DNA of 64,000 nt from Nitrospirota bacterium (GTDB lineage Bacteria; Nitrospirota; Thermodesulfovibrionia; Thermodesulfovibrionales; UBA9159), in contig CAVOUE010000003.1 in NCBI GenBank assembly GCA_963699545.1, forward strand, positions 480,001-544,000, written 5' to 3'. Below are positions 62,317 to 64,000 of the stretch, in pieces; the stretch's first letter is position 1, and every line of letters starts with the position of its first letter. The notes below the pieces were generated by a model. That model searched no databases. It saw nothing but the letters and a program-made list of their open reading frames with translations, and had not been told where the DNA came from. The position numbers and the translations under genes were made by a program.

Positions 62317-63722
62317 CTCAGCTTTGCGGCTGCAAATTCCTTGACAAGACGGGCCTTTCGTGCAATTTTCGCCTTGATGCCGGTTTCCAGCGCCTGATCC
62401 AGAACCTCCACTATTTTGTCAGCGATGCTCTCGTCTATAATCAAGGGCGGAAAAAGCCCCAGGACGTTATCAGCGGGATAGAGAAGTAGACCGAGTATCG
62501 CAATATCGACCGTGATGTCGAATGTATTCTTTTTGTCCAACGCTCCTTTCTTTTGCCGGTCTTCGACCAGCTCAATGCCGAGCATGAGGCCCCTTCCCCG
62601 GACCTCGCCGATGATTTTGCGACTGTTCATCAGATCCTTGAGACGGGACTTCAGATAAGATCCCACTCTGGCAGCATTCTCAGGGATCTTCTCCCGGATG
62701 ATAATGTCGATATTCCTGAGCGCTACCGCCGCACAGACGGGATGTCCGCTTGCCGTCGGTCCATAATCAAACCGTTTCCCTTCCCCATTAAAACGCTGAC
62801 ATATTTCATCGGTAGCCAGGGTCGCTGCCAGTGGCAGGTAACCACTGGTGATCGCTTTGCTGAGACACAGGATGTCGGGCCCGGGATTCCAGTCCTCACT
62901 CATAAAAAGTTTGCCTGTACGTCCGAACCCGGTGGTCACTTCGTCGGCGATGAAAAGCAATCCACGGCGACGACAAATCTCCCCGACACGCTTATAATAC
63001 TCTTCCGGAGGATCAATGATACCGAGGACGCCCATGATGGGTTCCAGAATGAAGGCAGCTACGGTTCTCTCACCTTCCGATCGTATGGTTTTCTCCAGCG
63101 CATCTGCACACGCTAACCCGCACCCGGGATAACTTTTCTTCTTGAACGGGCAACGATAACAATACGGCGGCTCAATCTGGATGAATCCGGGGACGAGGGG
63201 GCCGACCTTGGTTTCGTTACTGGCCAGGCCAGCCGTGCTCATTGCACCGTAGGAGACACCATGATAGGAACCTCGCAGCGAGATTATCTTGTATCGGGAA
63301 TGATCTTTTTTCTTCGGGCTCTGCCTATGGTACTGTCTTGACATCATAAGAGCGGCCTCGACAGCATCGGAACCGTTCGAAGACAGAAAGACATGCTCAA
63401 AATTCCCCGACGTTATTTCAACTAATTTCGCAGCCAGCTCAATGGCCTTTGGATGGACTTGCCGAAAGCAGGATGCATACGCCAGTTCACGCATCTGCTT
63501 TGCTGCCGCTTCCACAAGCTCCTCCCGGCCGTGTCCGATTGCGACATTCCAGAGCGAGGACATGCCGTTGATGAAGCGATTCCCCCGTTCATTGAAGATA
63601 TAGGGTCCTTCTCCGCGCGTGATAACGATGGGGCCGATCCCGAGCAAGGGAAGGAATTCGTCCATGGAAGTAAAGGGGTTCCATAGATGGTAGGGCATGC
63701 CGTGATATTTTTTTGCCGTCAT
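62313..63722 (-). CDS. Class III PLP aminotransferase (BioA / omega-amino acid type)
   Basis: SLWN..GHG, SNGS.A.E.A, SYHG, DEVTTGFGRTG, SKAITSGYLPL. Confidence 0.92.
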   Translation of the reverse strand: MTAKKYHGMPYHLWNPFTSMDEFLPLLGIGPIVITRGEGPYIFNERGNRFINGMSSLWNVAIGHGREELVEAAAKQMRELAYASCFRQVHPKAIELAAKLVEITSGNFEHVFLSSNGSDAVEAALMMSRQYHRQSPKKKDHSRYKIISLRGSYHGVSYGAMSTAGLASNETKVGPLVPGFIQIEPPYCYRCPFKKKSYPGCGLACADALEKTIRSEGERTVAAFILEPIMGVLGIIDPPEEYYKRVGEICRRRGLLFIADEVTTGFGRTGKLFMSEDWNPGPDILCLSKAITSGYLPLAATLATDEICQRFNGEGKRFDYGPTASGHPVCAAVALRNIDIIIREKIPENAARVGSYLKSRLKDLMNSRKIIGEVRGRGLMLGIELVEDRQKKGALDKKNTFDITVDIAILGLLLYPADNVLGLFPPLIIDESIADKIVEVLDQALETGIKAKIARKARLVKEFAAAKLS

Positions 63723-63756
63723 GTTCTCACCCCCAAAACCTTAGTTCTCTTAATAA

Positions 63757-64000
63757 TCACTTTCCCTTAACGTAATAGCATCTTAGCTTGTTGCCCTGCT
63801 CAGTCTCCCCAAGGCAGCGGTTGCACGACACGCATTGTGCCGGTTTCAGGTCACCACTTGACCACCTGTTCGGCAGGCCGGGTTCACGGACCAGAGGTCG
63901 TGCCATGGATACAAAGTCTGCGGAGCCTGATTCAATAATCCTCTCTGCCGTTTCAGGACTGCGGACGCCACCCACAAGGATGAGAGGGATATTCAGTATA
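63757..64000 (-). CDS. NADH:flavin oxidoreductase (Old Yellow Enzyme family), C-terminal part
   Basis: IPLILVGG.RS, ADFVSM.RPL.REP.L, C.SCNRC. Confidence 0.88.
   Translation of the reverse strand, partial: ILNIPLILVGGVRSPETAERIIESGSADFVSMARPLVREPGLPNRWSSGDLKPAQCVSCNRCLGETEQGNKLRCYYVKGK

Noticed and set aside
1-64000. CRISPR array, tRNA/rRNA genes, integron integrase, intact transposase or prophage
   Set aside because: No regularly spaced repeat-spacer units, RNA-gene signatures, recombinase, transposase or phage structural ORFs were recognised by eye.

Overview
Bacterial chromosomal window from an anaerobe. Gene content and order suggest Nitrospirota (Thermodesulfovibrionia-like) or a deltaproteobacterium-like lineage; this is inference only. 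Many essential genes (groEL, groES, ispG, nuo) carry single-base frameshifts, most likely long-read indel errors. Layout: (1) 0.7-5.4 kb defence islet with an Eco29kI-type GIY-YIG endonuclease, a convergent N4-C-type methyltransferase bracketed by REP-like palindromes, a toxin-less Phd/YefM gene with a consensus promoter and 3x9-bp operator, a putative HEPN-like nuclease and a 2-TM protein. (2) panC and an ALDH / class-III aminotransferase / COG2403 (arginine-synthetase-like) / ComA cluster. (3) Housekeeping genes: ABC-F, DEAD-box helicase, msrAB, a stand-alone IF2 C-terminal protein, mltG-ispG-mutY. (4) A 25-37 kb accessory patchwork with an integron-cassette-like FAD oxidoreductase, element-end relics, a GEMM-I riboswitch with the cGAMP-type A20 signature, a duplicated 38-bp promoter and a methyltransferase-less BglII-like + DpnI-like nuclease pair. 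(5) groESL with CIRCE. (6) A divergent respiratory locus: nuoABCD-(cNMP protein)-HIJKLMN faces away from an operon of a heme-c sensor kinase, DRTGG/Ser-kinase/PHP/HATPase regulators, a receiver-NuoE fusion, a 2Fe-2S protein, a HydB-type NuoF and a NuoG-like subunit lacking the Mo ligand. No rRNA, tRNA, CRISPR array, integrase or intact transposase was seen.
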